Source: Octopus bimaculoides
Taxonomy: Eukaryota
Assembly (NCBI RefSeq): GCF_001194135.2
Contig: NC_068983.1
Location: forward strand, 70,419,346-70,472,972
DNA length: 53,627 nucleotides
Direction: 5' to 3'
The notes beneath the pieces were generated by a model. It saw only the letters and a program-made list of their open reading frames with translations, was not told the origin of the DNA and did not search any database. Both the position numbers and the translations under genes were made by a program. Of this stretch, positions 1 through 12,170 are shown one piece after another (within the stretch, counting starts at the first letter, position 1; every line of letters begins with the position of its first letter).

Positions 1-244
1 TATATATATATATATATATGGTGTTGACCAAAAGTCACATGAGGGCAAATCAAAATTCCATAAATACTTAATATTCAATATTATTTACTCATTTGGAAAA
101 TGGTTTCACTTAAGAACTTCAGTTGGAACAGTTTTCATGTCTCATATTTAGATGCTTTTATTAAATTCATTCAGTTTCTAAACTTAGATAAACCTTTGAA
201 TTGAATAGTTTTCATTTAGTGTCAGGTGACTTTTGGCCAGCTCT

Positions 245-326
245 GTGTATGCATATGTATATGCAAATATACATGTGTGTGTGTGCACACTCGTGTGTGC
301 ATATATGTTTCTATTTGCATATATTC

Positions 327-393
<67 letters not shown>

Positions 394-582
394 TATATGT
401 ATATATAAAAGTATGTATATATATAAATGTATATATATGTATATATATACATGTGTGTATATAATATATGTTTATATGTATATATATATATATATGTATA
501 TACATATTTATGTATGCATATATATAAATATATACGTATTTATGTGTGTGTATATATATATATTTATATATATATATATATT
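245..582. repeat. Compound (TA)n/(TG)n/(TATG)n microsatellite
   Basis: Alternating dinucleotide runs read directly; they generate the spurious YIYI/CVCV ORFs. Similar arrays lie at about 2078-2330, 5525-5790, 20880-21058, 25405-25555, 29800-30160, 30620-30960 and 45945-46180. Confidence 0.97.
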
Positions 583-1202
583 TTAATCTTCGTACTATGC
601 TTTTTAACTTTAACTACTGTCAGTTATTGACTGAATTACAGTAATTAAGCCAATTAATTTCGTCTCCCTTTCTCTAATACTGCCAAGTTAATATTTGTGG
701 CAGTCCATGAAATAATAAACTTCTGTAATATATTTTGTTAATCATTCGATTTCCTGAAGATTAAGATGAAAATCCACACCTCCAAGCACATTACAGGTTA
801 CACTGTAGTCTGTCTGGGTGTTAAATACACATATTTATTTGAATGTATAGAGATTAAAAGCAAATATTGGGGATGGACTTGGTGAGAAGCAAGCATCCTT
901 AATAACCACATAATTTCATTTATTGTAAATATTTTACCCATTTCTAATTTATTATGTTTTATTACAAATTCTGATAACATCTTACTTTTGATAACAGTCT
1001 AACATAACTGTCACTGCTGATTTTGTGCAAAATATCAGCACCCTCCTATATGTTGGCTGAAGCAAATAGCAATCACATTGAGAAATAAATGAAAATAATC
1101 AATCTCAGCTTGTTATGACAGTGACTGAGGCTGCTAATAGGAGTCATAGAATCGTCTATAACACCTCCAATATATGAAGCTCTGACTGGCAAACAGAATT
1201 AC

Positions 1203-1288
1203 CTTGCCAAACTTGAGCATGTTGCTAGTTGTTTTATTGATACTGTTAAATTCTTCTGCATTGAACTGGTGAATAATTTGTTTTAAAT
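1203..1288 (-). CDS. Candidate internal exon (86 nt, phase 1->0) of an unidentified host gene: (D)LKQIIHQFNAEEFNSINKTTSNMLKFGK
   Basis: Minus-strand donor AAG|GTAATT, acceptor taaccag| with a weak pyrimidine tract, and an open frame bounded upstream by an in-frame TAA. No homology recognised. Confidence 0.4.
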
Positions 1289-2081
1289 CTGGTTATGATT
1301 TGTTATACTGTACAGATAAACATGTGTAAAAAAGAAAAAAAAAACACAGAATCCAGAGAAATTAATTGTGGTCAACGTCAGCAAAATTGTTTCTATTGCT
1401 AGAGCTTCCTGGCATTATGAACTGAGTTCTGTTAGGGAGAAAGAGAAAAATAAATCTAACAAAATAAAAAGAAAAAAGAAAATATAAAATAACAAAACTT
1501 TTTCATGTTTTTATTTCATAGAAGTATGGAAATAATAAAGAATTAGCTTCGGTAATTAAGGCAATGAGATTTATTTTACAAAACAATATTCAAGATTACA
1601 TTATTATAATGTCCAAAACACTCAGTTTCTATTTGCATGTTGGTATATAACAATGATACTGAGTTGCTTCAACTAATCATTTAGCTTTGTGCATTGCATC
1701 TGTCCATTTTCACAGATTAATACTTAACAGTCTATATTTAATCTACCTCTGTCTGTGAGTTCTGCTTCCCAAAGACAGAAACTAAGATTTCCAAACAGTA
1801 ATTTTTTCTTCCTAAATATATATGTCATTATCTCATAGAGAAATAATTTTATGGTGATTATTCATCAACCAATCAATCAATCAATCAATCAATATATTAC
1901 ATGGGTTTACACAAGATATTCTTTGCCAAATGAATATTACAATTTCTTTGATTCATTTTGATTTGTTTTTAGTTTCTTTTTTTTTTGTCTTTTCTTTTCC
2001 TTCTGTGTTTTATGAGAATTTGTTTTATAGTTATGCACTCAAGGAATTAGTTAACTTGGAAAGTGTTTATATTAACATACA

Positions 2082-2134
<53 letters not shown>

Positions 2135-2984
2135 TACTTGTGTGTGCATACACACACTTAGGCACACATGTACATAATACATATACTCATTATATATATT
2201 ATGTATATATGTATATACATACAGACATATATATATGCACACACACATATACATACATAATATATACATATGTAATATATATATATATTTACACACATAA
2301 ACACGCACACACACACACACATGTATATTAAACCATCCTTTGGCACTCATTCTTTCTTATGTATATGAAATAAAGAGAAAAATATTAATTAATTCAGATC
2401 AAGAAAGAATTCTAACTGCAAAGCCAATTTCTCTTTGTCAAGATATTCTCTACTTGCAATAGGTTTCCAAGCAGCTTAGAAAAATATGAATAGCAGCATT
2501 AAAGCAATATTGCAGTGTTTATTTCTAGCATTTTAGCATTTACATCCAAATGAGTTGAATTTCTATTTGACCCTTGTCAAACATTTGATTGGTTGATACA
2601 GTTGATACCCTTTCATTTACATTATCTTCTTCAAGTCTTCTAACTGGCAAAAAATAAAGCTGCTTTTTTTTATCTTATATGATAAGGCTGCAGTCAAAGT
2701 AATGGCCTGGAGAAGATTTAGTAGATATTGCTATTAAAACAGCACCAAAAGTCCAATTATTGGTTAATGCAACAGTGCTAAATGATATCAAATGATGATA
2801 ATAATGAACAGCAAAATTTTATGCCCAAGTAAGATTAAATGTAAATGCTGGATGTATGAGCATCAGTAGCTCTGCACCCTTTACATGTAACATGAAATAA
2901 AGCTTGCACACGTACAAAACCTACACACACATCAATGCTACTGAAGTAAATGTTAAAGAATCTATGCTCAGATTGACATAAACT

Positions 2985-3395
2985 AATCTGGGAACCTTTT
3001 TGTGGTTACTTGGCTGGCTAGAAATAAGCAGCCAAGTCTTCTTAAATCACACCCTACTATCTTAAATATGAACAGAACATATTGGCTTATGTAACCATAG
3101 ACATGCCCCTGAAAACAATGCAATACTTTGATTGTAGAGTGCTCAATCAGGGCTGACCTGGAACTAAACAACAACTTGTATAAAACAAATATGTTTGCCC
3201 TACCTATGCTGATCTAAGAACCATTCTGCGGTGCTAGAAATATCAGCCAAATCTCACTTAAATCATGATAAAATGGGTTAGGGAACATTAGACATAATCT
3301 TAGATTTTCTACAACTGATACAAAAAGAATGGCTGGAAAGATTCTTATGGCAGGTTAGACTGGATCAGAGCTGACTAGGGCTAAATAGCAACACC
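2985..3395 (+). mobile_element. Two degraded copies of an unclassified interspersed repeat (gctagaaatagcagccaaatct...gggctaaacaacaac family)
   Basis: Internal repetition at about 2985-3178 and 3225-3395; related copies at about 7040-7265 and 32750-32965. Confidence 0.6.
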
Positions 3396-4377
3396 AGCTC
3401 TTCACCTAGGGACATTTCATGTATAGCATCTACACATGTAATATCTTCATATATTAATCATAAATGTGTCCCAACAGGCCCTCATTTCATGTATAATGAA
3501 TGCAAGAGGTTAAGGTTGCTGAATCACTGACCACATTATAAGTTCAAAGTTCAATAGTTTGGCCATTGTGTTATGTCCTCAACCCCTGTTCTAAGCAGGA
3601 CACATATTTGTTTTGTTCAGGTTCAGGTTTATTATATAAATTATAAAATAGATTCTACTGCTGCTTCATGGTTGAATAGTTTAACAGTAGGAAGCAGCAT
3701 CCAGCTGTGAAATCAATTGCTCTAATAAAAGAAAGAAGTGAAACCGCTAAACAAACCATCTCATCATGCATAGAAAAGTAAATGAAAAACAGAGGGGAAA
3801 AATGTATGATATAAGTACAAATCCATTAAATGCAAGATGTGGACATGCAAGATGGTGCACCTTAGATACATGTGCAAAGTTTAACACCAATTACACCCTT
3901 ACTACAGATACAGTTAGAAGTAGTTGATGTTGAGTTCTTCAATATTTTTATATGCTAATTAACTCTTTCTCATTCTCTTGTACTTTCATATTGCTACCTG
4001 ATATATATATATATATATATAATATATATATATATATATTCATAAATTTTCAGTGATTCATTGACTCATTGACATAAGTATGGACATACATACACAGATA
4101 CATGCATGATGAGTAATCACACTTACTTTTATACTACAAAAACATATCCATCCATTACATGACTACATGTATTTCCACATATACACCTACAAATATGCAC
4201 CCATGAAATTGCTTGTTCACCAATCTCTGAAGCTGTCTCCACACAAACAAAAAAGGTATTGCTATTTTGTGACTCATTGGCTTGAATTCTGTGAAGACAT
4301 TAAATAAATTAGAAAAAAAGAATAGATACATTCATATATGCACGCGTGCACACACACACACACACACACACACATGT

Positions 4378-4630
4378 GGAGGCACGTGGCATAGTATTTA
4401 AGGTGTTGAACTCATGATTGTAAGATTGTGGTTTCAATTCCTGGATCAGTCGATGAATTGTGTTCTTGAGCAAATCACTTCATTTCACATTGCTCCAGTT
4501 CACACAACTGGCAAAAATGCATAATCCTGTGACCAGCCGGTGTCCCATCCAGGTGGGGAATATATGCACCAGGAAACCAACCCTTATGAGTTGTCATACC
4601 TCTAGAAGGTAATTTTACCTTTACCTTTAC
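4378..4630 (+). mobile_element. tRNA-derived SINE with (TTTACC)n tail
   Basis: Head GGAGGCACGTGGCATAGT with an A-box-like motif, B-box-like GGTTTCAATTCC, and a tail of tttacc repeats. An inverted relative lies at about 7710-7956. Confidence 0.8.
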
Positions 4631-4639
4631 ACACACACA

Positions 4640-4681
<42 letters not shown>

Positions 4682-5593
4682 AGCTCTTTCAGAATAATTA
4701 ACAGACTTATTGAATACGCAAACACACCAACTTACTCACACATCACATGCACCTAGGTCAAACATATACAAACTTCTTAAAAGTGGACAGACATCCTTCA
4801 TCATACTATTTTATTTGTGCAAGCATTCTTTATTAGTACAATACCCAAATGAGTTAAATCATTAAACACTGCACAAAACATGTCTACCTTAACACATACT
4901 ACAGTAGGAATTTATATGCATCAAATGGCATTATTTTGTTTATGAAAATAAATGTTTCCAAACAAAAAAAAAGTGATAATGTCTATTGACTTTTGGGATG
5001 TCTCTGCACATACAAACAGATATGCTCTCACACACACACATAAGCAAATGCTTAAACAATGTAAGCATGAAGCATGAAGCACAAACACACACCCGCTCAC
5101 ACGCACACTCTTTCAAACATGCTCATAAACTTGCACTAATAAACACACACATAAAAATACACTTATAAGAACACACACACACTTTCATACATACTCACAA
5201 ACTTGCACTAATGCATACACAGAAACATATTAAATTGCACATTTATATTCACATGCATGCACCTTTCATGTGATACAACCTAAACAGCATTCATCTTTAT
5301 CATATGAAGTAAAGGAATCGGTATCATTTATTATTGATTGAAAGATTGTAATTGTAATCGGAGGAAAAATTACGTTTTATACTATGCTTATTGATACTAT
5401 TATTATTATTATTATTATTATTATTGAATTTAATTACACATAAAAAACGATGACTGTGTGATTGAGTAGATGGAAATGCTGCACCTAAAAAATCAAAAAT
5501 CTCAATTTCTAGATTATGGATAAGGAATACATACACATACACACTTGCATACATACATATATGTATACAGACATACATATATATATTTGTGTA

Positions 5594-5634
<41 letters not shown>

Positions 5635-6537
5635 GATATTAATATATGCAAATACATAAATGTATTTTTTACTTCACACACACATGCACACACACACACA
5701 CGTGTGTGTACATATATCTGTATATATATATATATATGTTTTCAAATGGGTATATGTGTGTGTAAGTGTGTGCGTATGTCTGTGTGTACTTGTGAATCCT
5801 ATCTTGAATAGTCATATGAAAATAATTGCATCTTGCACCAAACATCACATAATGCAACAAGTATAATTGTGTTTTCCATGTGTAACTTTGCTCGAAAGAT
5901 ATCTGCAAAATATGATCCCAAATACTGTGCTATAAACCATAACTGATTTTACCAATTGGTTTATTTTGAAAATAAATAAAAAATAAAAAATGAAATCTAT
6001 AAATCAAGCGTGTATATTGTGTTGTAGATTTTTTGCATAGTTACAATGTCAATATTTGATCCCAAAATATTCATGATTAACTGTCTAATAAAATGTTCGA
6101 CTTCATTATTTGTACTTATATTCTCAGCTCCAGAAAGAAGACGGTTATTTTAATCCACAATTTAAATGGATGAAAATAAATATTTCAAGACAGTTCTATC
6201 AAGATATTGACCTTTCCACACACACTTGTCTCAGATGTTTTATGAAAGTTTGGAGTATTTCTCCTATCTCTTGACTTAAAAAAAGAAAAAAAAATGAGAA
6301 GAAAACTTCTTCCATTTCTGATAACCATTAATTTGTATTGCAGGGGTGCAAGCATAACCACAGGATTTATGAAGTTTATTTTGTAGTTACTTTATTCCAG
6401 GTTCAATATGCAGAATTCTCAGCAAATGCATTCTACCAAAGATTAAGATTGAACTAAGCCTTGTGAGTTAATTTGGTATATGGAAAGTGTACAGAAGCCC
6501 AGAAAACTGATCTTGGGTGGTAGACTTAACCCTTTAC

Positions 6538-6581
6538 CTGGTTTAACACCACCATGGTAAACAATGGTAATCCTGAATAAA
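6538..6581 (-). CDS. Candidate exon (44 nt): (V)YSGLPLFTMVVLNQ (phase 1->0) or LFRITIVYHGGVKP (phase 2->1)
   Basis: Very strong acceptor ttttttctttcctttttggcag| and donor CAG|GTAAAG. Two frames are open, so the frame is unresolved. Confidence 0.5.
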
Positions 6582-7709
6582 CTGCCAAAAAGGAAAGAAA
6601 AAATTTTAAAAAGTATGAATCATTATGCGTTCATTCTTCAGCTCTACATTTAGAAGACATAACTTTAGTACAAAATCAATATGCAGTTCTTTTTCCTCCT
6701 ATGAGTATATATTGATATCTAATAGCGTTGATTTGTTAGATGATGTATGATTGTACATTCAGGTGATCACTTACATTAGATTTATTTTTAATGGTGGATA
6801 ACTAGTGTATGTAATTGAATTTAAACCATAATGAAGCTAGGTGAGGTGATTCATTCTATTTCATTATTCCTAGCTGGTAAAATGTAGATGGAAATTAAAA
6901 TTGTCTGGATAAGATTCAATTTGGATCATGAAGCTTCTGAATTAATTATCTATTAGCTTATCTAATACATCACTCTAAATACAACAGTCTCAGCACACTA
7001 AACATGGAACTTGATTCTAACCAGATACAGGAAGATATAGGTAAGGTATCTTACTTAACAAAGCAATCTCCTGCAAGGAAGCCTTTATGAGCTACTAGAA
7101 ATAGCAGAAAATTTCCCTCAAAACATACACTGCCATCTTAAAAAGAATGACACATTGCATCATGTAGTTCTAGGTAAACTATGCCTATAAAAAATTTGAA
7201 TGGTCATGGAGTGCTTTTAGTTATAGCTTTGATTGATCAGGTTTGACCTTGGGCAAAGCAACACCAGTATTCTTCATACCAGCATCATACCTCGATTGCA
7301 ACATAAATTCACAACCTGATTCATTTCGAGATTCAGTTCATTATCAACTCATTATTAAGGCAAATGTTAATGTATTGAGTGCATTTGTTATTGGTAACAG
7401 AGTTAAACACCCCCAATACAGTAAGCAATATACTGTGTTCAGTTTAAAAAACGCCATAAACCTATATAGTTGGTAAATAAAATGGGAGGCAGCTTTCTTT
7501 TAAGGCAGCAAGATGGTAGTTATTATGGCATCTAAGAGAATGTCTTGTAGCATTTGTTCAGGTTCAACTTTGTTTCATTGACTTTCTTTCATGGTTAATA
7601 AATAAAACAGCACAGGGCTCAATTCTATTTTTTTTTTTTTTTCTCACATTCTCTCTCTTTCTTTTCTTTCTTTGGAAGAAATTTGTTGTACTCAGACATG
7701 GAAAGAGAT

Positions 7710-7956
7710 AAGCTCCAACTTGGTTCAGATGCCCAGGGCATCTTGTATGTCACAATTGTGCCGCCAGTTTCATGGCATATAAATACCCCACCTGGCTGAG
7801 ACACCAGTCCAATGCAGGATTACTCATTTTCGCTAGCTGAGTGGACATGAAATGAAGTGGTTTTCACAAGAACACAATGTGTTGCCCAGTCCAGGAATCA
7901 AAACACAATCTTATGATCATGAGTTCAACACCCTAATCACTAAGCCATGTGCCTCC
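7710..7956 (-). mobile_element. tRNA-derived SINE, same head family as 4378-4630
   Basis: Reverse complement begins GGAGGCACATGGCTTAGTGATTAGGGTGTTGAACTCATGATC. Confidence 0.75.
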
Positions 7957-8170
7957 ACACAAGGGGCACCAGCTAACAGTATTTATGTAGTGAGACCATG
8001 ACCTCTAACCACATGGTTCTGAAGCAGCCATTCCTGCACCTATAACTAAACAAATCTTGTAAACAAAAATATCGCATGTACTAATGTTTGACTAGTAGCC
8101 CCTTGCACTCTTCAAGTCCAAACTGAGTGAAATCTCAAGGCACAAGCTGATCCTCTTTATTCATCATTAC

Positions 8171-8316
8171 CATCATCATCATTTAATATCCAGTTTCCAA
8201 GCTGTAAAAGGTTAAACCATTTGACAAGATCAGACAATAAAGCTTGGCACAGTCCTCTGGCTTGCCTGCTCTTGTCAAACTGTCCAACCTATACCAGCAT
8301 GGGAAATGGGCTTTAT

Positions 8317-8348
<32 letters not shown>
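8171..8348. mobile_element. Fold-back pair of RTE-type 3' ends with outward-facing (CAT)n/(GAT)n tails
   Basis: Left arm catcat-ttaatatccagtttccaagctg...tttgacaaga is the degenerate reverse complement of right arm tcttgtcaaactgtccaacc...atgatgatg. Confidence 0.7.
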
Positions 8349-8349
<1 letters not shown>

Positions 8350-8441
8350 CTGACACCGATGATGAATTAAAAAAATAAGCTTGTATATTGGGATCTCACT
8401 CAATTTGAACTTGAACTTGAATGGTGCAAGGGGCTACTCAC

Positions 8442-8549
8442 CCCATTCAAGTTTAAGAAGCTGAGCAGTGCCAGTAACTTTCCCAGACACTTCCTGTTTT
8501 GTATTGTTAATACATCTAATTTTCAGCCTGAATTTCCGATGATCAACAC
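8442..8549 (-). CDS. Candidate symmetric exon (108 nt, phase 1->1): (G)VDHRKFRLKIRCINNTKQEVSGKVTGTAQLLKLEW
   Basis: Acceptor ctattttctgtatag| and donor G|GTGAGT. Only one frame is open and the length is a multiple of 3. Protein not recognised. Confidence 0.55.
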
Positions 8550-9249
8550 CTATACAGAAAATAGATGTAGATAGATAGTTATTGTGAACTGTCGATCTGG
8601 AGAATAGATTATTGAATCTAATGTTTAGTGTAGCTGTGTGTACAATTTTGATGGTGAGACACTTTTGGTATATTGAAAAGAAAAAGGATGGGTGAATCAA
8701 ACAGGTTTCAGTGGTGACAGTAACATCTTACTAGTTCAGTAGAACAGAAACCATTATAATTGCAGTTGAAAAGACAGAAGTATAAGGCCAGGGTGAGTAT
8801 TGGTGTGTAAGTGGTTGCAGAGTTGTGTTAGTGAATAATAGGCTGCTGATCAATCAGATGGCTTTTGTTTCAAGGATGCAGTCTGACAAATACTTTGTCT
8901 AAGATTGTTTTGAACCTTTGTTCTGGATATAAAAGCAATGCACCTGGTGGCTAAATGCTAAGTTCTGCAATTTACTTACTAAACTTGAATTCTTAGAAAC
9001 TTCAATGCTTTATTTAATACACGGTCTTTCAAAGGCAGTGAATCCAGTACAACAGTATGAAGCAAAGCACAGACAATGTAATGTATAGAAATACTTTTAC
9101 AGTAGATTTCTTGCCATCACAACATACTTATGTAGCTTTTTTGCCAGATTCACTGGATAACAACACATACATGCAGCTCATATAGTATTCTTATTATAAA
9201 CTCAACTCATTCTATGTATACATTACTACAGTTATAGTTTCACTGAATG

Positions 9250-9415
9250 ATGTCATCATCATTTAATGTCTGTTGTCCAAGCTGACATGGGTTCGATGGT
9301 TTGATCAGGGCTGGCAAGCTGGAGAGCTGCACCAGACATCTGATTAAGCATAGTTTCTACAGCTGGATACCCTTCCTAATGCCAATCACTTTGCAGAATG
9401 TGCTGGGTGCTTTTG
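9250..9415 (-). mobile_element. 5'-truncated RTE-LINE 3' UTR copy with (GAT)n tail
   Basis: Matches the 49990-50311 copy (gctggatacccttcctaatgccaa...gggtgctttt). Other copies at about 17620-17656, 31898-31940, 33463-33790, 43812-43955 and 51860-51925. Confidence 0.75.
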
Positions 9416-10788
9416 TGATATTATAAGACAAAAGTAGTAATGAATTACTTTTGAGTCAAAATAATTTTCAAACCCTGTCTACATGGAAACAAACAATAAA
9501 CAAACACATTTGTGGAGACATACATAATACATCATAAACAATATCAATTAAATTTATATTGTCATTAAGGGCTTATGAAATATATTTGGGGAATTATTAC
9601 TTCTTAAGTTAAGATACATGAGGTCAAACAACTGCAGCATTTTGCTTTGAACTTAGTTGAATCTCATTTAGCTATTGTCATAGACTCAGTTGCATATTCT
9701 AAATTTTGTAATATCTTTAGGTGCCATAGAATCCTATACAGTTTTGCTATATCAAAATCAAAGTTTTCAGATTGAATTCACTGAAATGTAATGGAATTTT
9801 AGAAGTGGTGTATCAGACTATGAATGCTTCACAGTTCATATCTCTCCATCAGTAGTGCTGTGTCATGGTCAAAATACTTAGCACTGGAATGACTCAACTG
9901 ACCTCTTAAATAACAATACTCACTGCTGAGCACAGTATTGTGACATTAATATCCTGAGCTCATTTTTACTTGTAGGTATGGACTGGAGAAAGATGTACCA
10001 CTAAGAGGATTTTTCTTACATACATTGTTGTGTTGCTCTAGAGCATTATGAACTTTGTTCTCAATCATGTGGGCTCAGGTTCAGTTCCACTACATGTCAT
10101 CTTTGGCAAGTGTCTTCTACTATAATTTTAGGTCACCCAAAGACTTGTGAGTTGATTTGGAAGTCAGAAACTGAAATAAGCCTGTGTGTACTTGTACTTC
10201 TTTGACATCACATGAGAATTGTAAACAGATGTCACCATCATACAAGCAATGTCATTTGTTTCCAATCTTCTGTAAATCATATCAAGTTATGGGAGAAATA
10301 TTATCTGACCTGGAAGCAAGTGAAGGTTGGCAATTGGAAGAAAATCTGGCTGCAGAAAATCTGCCTCAGTAAATCCCATCTGACTAATGAAAGCACAGAA
10401 AAATGCATGCTAAAACAGTGATGATGATGACAATCATGACAATGATGATAGGGATGATGTGACACTGATATAAATGTCAAGGAAGATAAGCCCTTACAAA
10501 GCTAGAAAGTCAAATTTATAGGACATAAATGAATAAACACTAGTATGTTATGATATAAATTCTCCTGATACCCTAGAAGGGTGGTAGGTTAAGCCAACCA
10601 TAAAGAAATTAGATTAGGACATTACTAAATATTGCAAAGTATTCTACTCAATGGCCTACTATTTCTACCATTCCACCACTCTCACAAAAACTTTGAATGT
10701 TATTACTAATTCATATCACAGCTCTCCAAGTTAGAAGCATGCTTGCCAATTGGTAAAAATTGTCAACTGTTCTGTATGTTGATGCAAA

Positions 10789-10852
10789 CCAGTGACATCA
10801 CACTTATCTAATCCAATCTTCTGATTGGATTAGATAGGCGTGATGTCACTGG
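10789..10852. repeat. Near-perfect palindrome (30-bp arms, 4-nt loop)
   Basis: ccagtgacatcacacttatctaatccaatc-ttct-gattggattagataggcgtgatgtcactgg; 28/30 positions are Watson-Crick complementary. Confidence 0.95.
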
Positions 10853-11121
10853 ATTACATGTATTAGAACATTTACTAAAATTGTATACCCTTTATATTTC
10901 ATTCTTTTACTGTATGGCTGCTATATAAGGGTACTACCATCAAGGGTTCTACATCATAAATATTGGCCTCAGTATATTTTTCAGTTTTTTGCTTATTTGA
11001 TAGATCTGTTACCTGTTTGGTGGTGGCATTGCCTGTTATTGTATATTTATTTAATTATTGATGATTCACAAAGAAGTGGAATTGACCAAAGAAGTAGAAA
11101 ATGCTGAATGATACTCTAGGC

Positions 11122-11362
11122 CAGTGGTTCTCAACTGGGGTCCATATGGCCCTTGGGGGTCCGTATAAAACTTTGTTGCTAAAATTTATATGTAATAAAT
11201 TGGTCATACTTCTACATTACATCAAATATTTTTTATACAATTTCTAATATCTGATTATGAAAATATTGTAGGATATTTGAAACCTTGAATGACTATGAAG
11301 GTCAATCTGAGTAATATAGAAATCAAAGGGCTCCATGGGCAAAAGATGGTTGATATCCACTG
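11122..11362. mobile_element. Non-autonomous hAT (Charlie-like) MITE, 241 bp
   Basis: TIRs CAGTGGTTCTCAAC / GTTGATATCCACTG and an 8-bp TSD ctctaggc / ctctaagc, close to the TCTAG-centred hAT-Charlie target. Confidence 0.85.
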
Positions 11363-11984
11363 CTCTAAGCTATTTATTTTATAACTTTGCTATTCTGACT
11401 TAAAATCTGTGGACAAATTTACTTTTCTATCGTCTTTCAAGATGAATATAATAAATAGATACTAGTGTTATTCTGGATTTGACTGAATCTATTATATATT
11501 TCTCATTTACAAATCATCTAATTTCATATTATTTCATCTTGTTTTGAAATAAACTAACATTATAATCCACTTAAAAGGGGTTATCTGAAAATCATGGTTA
11601 AATTTTGGTCTAAATGCTTTGCTATATTTTCTCTCTCACCACATTCTGGTCATTTTATACCACAAGTTAAAACATTACAAGGGTCAACTATGCTTTATGT
11701 ATTCCAAAGCTAATAAAACAGGAAATAATTATGTATAGAGACTGGTTCAAATTTGATTTTTTAAATTTCTATTTTGATGGTCAGTAGCAGCCTCCATTTG
11801 CTGATGGATGTTAGTTGGATATATGAGGCAAAACTATGTGCATAAAAAATTTTTTAATGTGATTTCACTTGATAGAAATCTACAGTACACATGTTTATAA
11901 AGATATAACCAATCACAGAGAAAGCAAATTATAATAATTTTAATAATGATGACGATGAGGATGATGAAAAAGATGGCAGTAACA

Positions 11985-12170
11985 CAGGTTGATTAGGTGA
12001 AGGCTTTCTAATTAAGATCATAAATTTTGAAGGAAGGATTAGTATGTGACTAGTACGTCATTTTACCTATACAAGAAGAATAAAAGGAAATGCTTAGTAT
12101 AGCTGGATTTGAATTCAGATTGTAAAGATCCGTAACTAAATATGGTAAGAGATTTTTCCAATACTTAATT
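11985..12170 (+). mobile_element. Degraded interspersed repeat, unclassified SINE-like family
   Basis: Related segments at about 33270-33440 (+) and 46655-46815 (-) share tacattgaccccagtactcaactggtac / atttgaactcaga-type motifs. Confidence 0.5.

Noticed and set aside
201-630. Overlapping YIYI/CVCV/HTHT ORFs here and throughout the track
   Set aside because: Translations of stop-free dinucleotide and tetranucleotide microsatellites; no coding signal.
750-780. CTGAAGA...GAAA hammerhead-like spacing (also 36360-36400)
   Set aside because: No consistent stems I-III or NUH triplet.
2393-2475. Minus-strand AAWKPIASREYLDKEKLALQLEFFLDLN peptide after an acceptor-like site
   Set aside because: Ends in a stop with no good donor and lies upstream of another candidate exon; compatible with chance.
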